A DNA stretch of 62,057 bases, the filler included, from Stramenopiles sp. TOSAG23-3 (Eukaryota): assembly GCA_900128585.1 (NCBI GenBank). It is 24 parts of 24 records of this genome, joined end to end, with 100 filler letters (N's around TTAATTAATTAA, not from the genome) between each part and the next. Parts side by side here need not be neighbours in the genome. Positions count along the whole stretch, not along the records: positions 59,587 to 62,057 come from LT644792.1; 23 more parts are not named here. One strand, written 5' to 3'. This document shows, piece after piece, positions 59,587-62,057 of the stretch (positions are counted from its first letter, which is position 1; each line of letters opens with the position of its first letter). A program made the translations under genes and the position numbers. A model generated the notes under the pieces. It was not told the origin of the DNA. It did no database searches and worked only from the letters and a program-made list of their open reading frames with translations.

Positions 59587-61497
59587 CGCCTCGAAGACTT
59601 TCGGCAAGCCATGAAAAAGCGCAACATCAAGTTTGCACATTCCAGGCTGACGCCGACCGCGAACAACCTGCTCATCGACCCCCTTATCCTTTCGTACTTG
59701 AACCCAACGGACGTATCGGACATCGACGCGATGGCGGACGGGTACGTGAACGGCCCGTTTCCGGCGGGCACGGACTCTGCCAACGTCGTCCAAGAAATGA
59801 TTGATTTAATCATTCTTCGGACGCAGCAGTTTCACCACCGTGTCCTGACCGCCTTCCTGTCTGTAATCGACGAGCGGCGTGCGGAAACTTGCGAAGAGCC
59901 GTGGGGGGCGAACGGCGCAGGGATAAAGTGTTACATGGTGCGAGGCCCAGACTTTGTCGGCTTGGAGCCGGAGGAGTACATCGCCGAGTTCACGCAGCCT
60001 GGATCGGTGGGGCTAAAGTTCAAAGAGATCCCTGGCAGTGGAGGGTTTGGCGGACTGGTCAAAACCACCACTGGGCAGGCCCGGGAATACAAGGAGGAAA
60101 AGATCCAGCCGGACCACCGGCTTTTGAAAATAGGACGGGGAGAAAATGTTTCTGGGGAGCAGCTTTGGGCGGACGCGGACCAGCTGAACCTGGTCCAGAT
60201 TCACAAGTTGATCGGGCGATTGAAGTGCCCGTCCAAAGTATGGTTCAGGGCCACCCTTGCCTTTCCCTACTCCCAGGCCCAACTGACGAGGGCCGTTGAC
60301 GAATACATCGGGCCCTACGGGAAAGTTGCCGAGAACTTGAAGGAGGCCCGGTACCCTTTCGAGGGTTCGTCGGGCCCCCAGGACGACAGCGACGACGAAG
60401 ACGAAGACGAGTCCGAGGCAGCGCGAAAAAAGCGAAAGCGAAAGCGCAAGAAAAAGTCAAAAGCCAGCCCGAAGCAGCGAACGAACGGGTGGGTCAAAAT
60501 TCAGACCGTAATATACTCCCCCCTCGAGGCCAGGCGGCTTGCGAAGGAATTCAAGTACATCACGAAATCGCTGCAGAACGTAGAGGACGACGTGGAAGCG
60601 TACCTAAAGTCGATAACCGGCAAGCTGAAGCTGTTGCATGAGGTGAGGGCGAGGATGGAAAAAGTCGAAGAAATCGTCACCACCATACAAGGCTTCTACG
60701 GGGAAGCGTTGAGAAAGTTCCAAAAAGCCGAGGGGAAGTACGAGGACGTGAAGGGCAGGGTGGCGCAGTTCGAGAGTGGCGCAAACTACAACCTGCACAA
60801 GTTTCGAACGAAGGAGCTAGCGTTCAAGAAGTTGAACGCCACGAAAGTCCAGTACGAAGCGGACAAGAAAATCTTTTCTGCGGCCGACAAAGCCTACCAG
60901 ACGTCGATGCAGCTCCAGACCTGGAGCAGAAAGGAGTGGACCGAGCGCACCAAGGTCGACCTGTTCAACAAATACAGAATGATAAAGAAGAAGGAGCTTC
61001 GACTACGGTATCGCCGCAAAGCGGAGAAGGAAGGAGATAGGCGACCGTGGGATGAGAACTTTGAGCTTTGGAAAGAGAAGCGGGCCGCGAAGAAGGCAAA
61101 GAAGGCGTACGAAGAGGCGATCGCGCGCAGGGACGCGAAGCGCCGGGGCGTGGAGTACGTGGCCATCGACAGCGAGGAGGAAGAGGACGAATGGTCCGTG
61201 GAAGAGGAGGTCGAGGCGACAGGGGAGCTCGATCATCTGAAGCAGAAAGCAAAGGCTGCGCTGAAGGCCAAATTTTCTTTTCTTACAAACTTTTTTGAAG
61301 CCCAGGCGAAGAAGATCAAAGAGGCCGTTCAGAAGAAGTACAACTCCCTCAATGCGTACTCTTGGGACGAATTCGACCCAAAACGCCATTGCCAAGGGCA
61401 ATGGGATGGCACGCTCAAGGAGGAGTGGGAAGAGAAGGAGGAGGAGGATATCCTGGAGAAGGCAAAAGAGAAGGCGGGCGCCAAAAAGGAAATGTAA
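59587..61497 (+). CDS. Coiled-coil protein with a degenerate PDZ-like segment (5' truncated)
   Basis: FTQPGSVGLKF...IQPDHRLLKI...PSKVWF followed by charged coiled coils. Confidence 0.8.
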   Translation, partial: RLEDFRQAMKKRNIKFAHSRLTPTANNLLIDPLILSYLNPTDVSDIDAMADGYVNGPFPAGTDSANVVQEMIDLIILRTQQFHHRVLTAFLSVIDERRAETCEEPWGANGAGIKCYMVRGPDFVGLEPEEYIAEFTQPGSVGLKFKEIPGSGGFGGLVKTTTGQAREYKEEKIQPDHRLLKIGRGENVSGEQLWADADQLNLVQIHKLIGRLKCPSKVWFRATLAFPYSQAQLTRAVDEYIGPYGKVAENLKEARYPFEGSSGPQDDSDDEDEDESEAARKKRKRKRKKKSKASPKQRTNGWVKIQTVIYSPLEARRLAKEFKYITKSLQNVEDDVEAYLKSITGKLKLLHEVRARMEKVEEIVTTIQGFYGEALRKFQKAEGKYEDVKGRVAQFESGANYNLHKFRTKELAFKKLNATKVQYEADKKIFSAADKAYQTSMQLQTWSRKEWTERTKVDLFNKYRMIKKKELRLRYRRKAEKEGDRRPWDENFELWKEKRAAKKAKKAYEEAIARRDAKRRGVEYVAIDSEEEEDEWSVEEEVEATGELDHLKQKAKAALKAKFSFLTNFFEAQAKKIKEAVQKKYNSLNAYSWDEFDPKRHCQGQWDGTLKEEWEEKEEEDILEKAKEKAGAKKEM

Positions 61498-61646
61498 CAA
61501 TTGAAGAAAATCAGCGTTCATACGCCTCGTAAATTCTTACGACTTGGCAGATGTAAGCGCTTTGTTTTGTACAGCCTGCTGGCCTATAAACCTAAATTTT
61601 GAGATGTAAATATATCATTAAGTTTTTTTTTTAATATTGTTTTATC

Positions 61647-61853
61647 AACAGCCAATTTTCTTGTTTTTGTTTTAATAACGAAACTAAAAATCAAATTAAA
61701 AAATCGAGATAGGATTAGGGTTGGATTTGAAGTAGTACGAGGAATTGATTTAAAATGAGAGTCTTAAAACTTAAAACATACATAATTTGTTTTTTAATAT
61801 TATTAAACTGAATTCAGTTTTTTCTTACATTAAATAATAGCAGCCAATTTTTT
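61647..61853 (-). repeat. Dispersed 3'-associated repeat, long copy bounded by two TTGGCTG motifs
   Basis: Reverse complement: AAAAAATTGGCTGCTATTATTTAA, AATTCAGTTTAAT, core, AACAAGAAAATTGGCTGTT. Confidence 0.9.
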
Positions 61854-61961
61854 GCGCATTTTTTATTGGAGGAGAAAAGAGAAGAAGAAAAGAATCCATC
61901 ATCATCATCATCAGAATGAAGAAGAAGAAGAAAGAAGAAGAAGAAGAAAGAAGAAGAAGAA

Positions 61962-62057
61962 GACAACTCGTGCAATAATTGGAGGAACATCGACAAAAAC
62001 GGCGACGGGAAAATCAGCTTTGAAGAGTTTGTCGGCGGCTTGCGGGAGGAACCCCTG
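61962..62057 (+). CDS. EF-hand fragment abutting a (GAA)n tract
   Basis: WRNIDKNGDGKISFEEFVGGL. The nearby ATG at 61916 is out of frame. Confidence 0.6.

Overview
This is not one locus. It is 24 unlinked eukaryotic contigs of about 2.47-2.5 kb, sorted by decreasing length and joined by 100-bp artificial spacers (N44-TTAATTAATTAA-N44), so adjacency across spacers has no biological meaning. The source looks like an intron-poor, flagellated protist, probably a stramenopile (inference), with moderate-GC coding DNA and very AT-rich, microsatellite-laden intergenic DNA. Recognisable genes or fragments include histone H4 with a 3' stem-loop, SMU1, BCKDHA, PRP8, UDP-sugar pyrophosphorylase, a PUB/VIM/SHP p97 adaptor, GORAB-like, TPR, CFAP43-like, class II aldolase, folate-receptor-family protein, prolyl 4-hydroxylase, HAAO, an LRR protein and a Tudor-PDZ protein. 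Only two clear GT-AG introns were found. I found no unambiguous new multi-gene system. The best leads are: (1) a dispersed repeat family with a CCCTAA core whose eight copies or fragments all sit just downstream of, or overlap, stop codons; (2) four genes broken by out-of-frame junctions; (3) a higher-order satellite with TAGGGTT/AACCCTA hairpins; (4) a 52-aa secreted EGF-like micro-ORF missing from the ORF track; (5) an apparently divergent PRP8; (6) recurrent intergenic motifs. Family assignments come from motif recognition and memory, not database searches.
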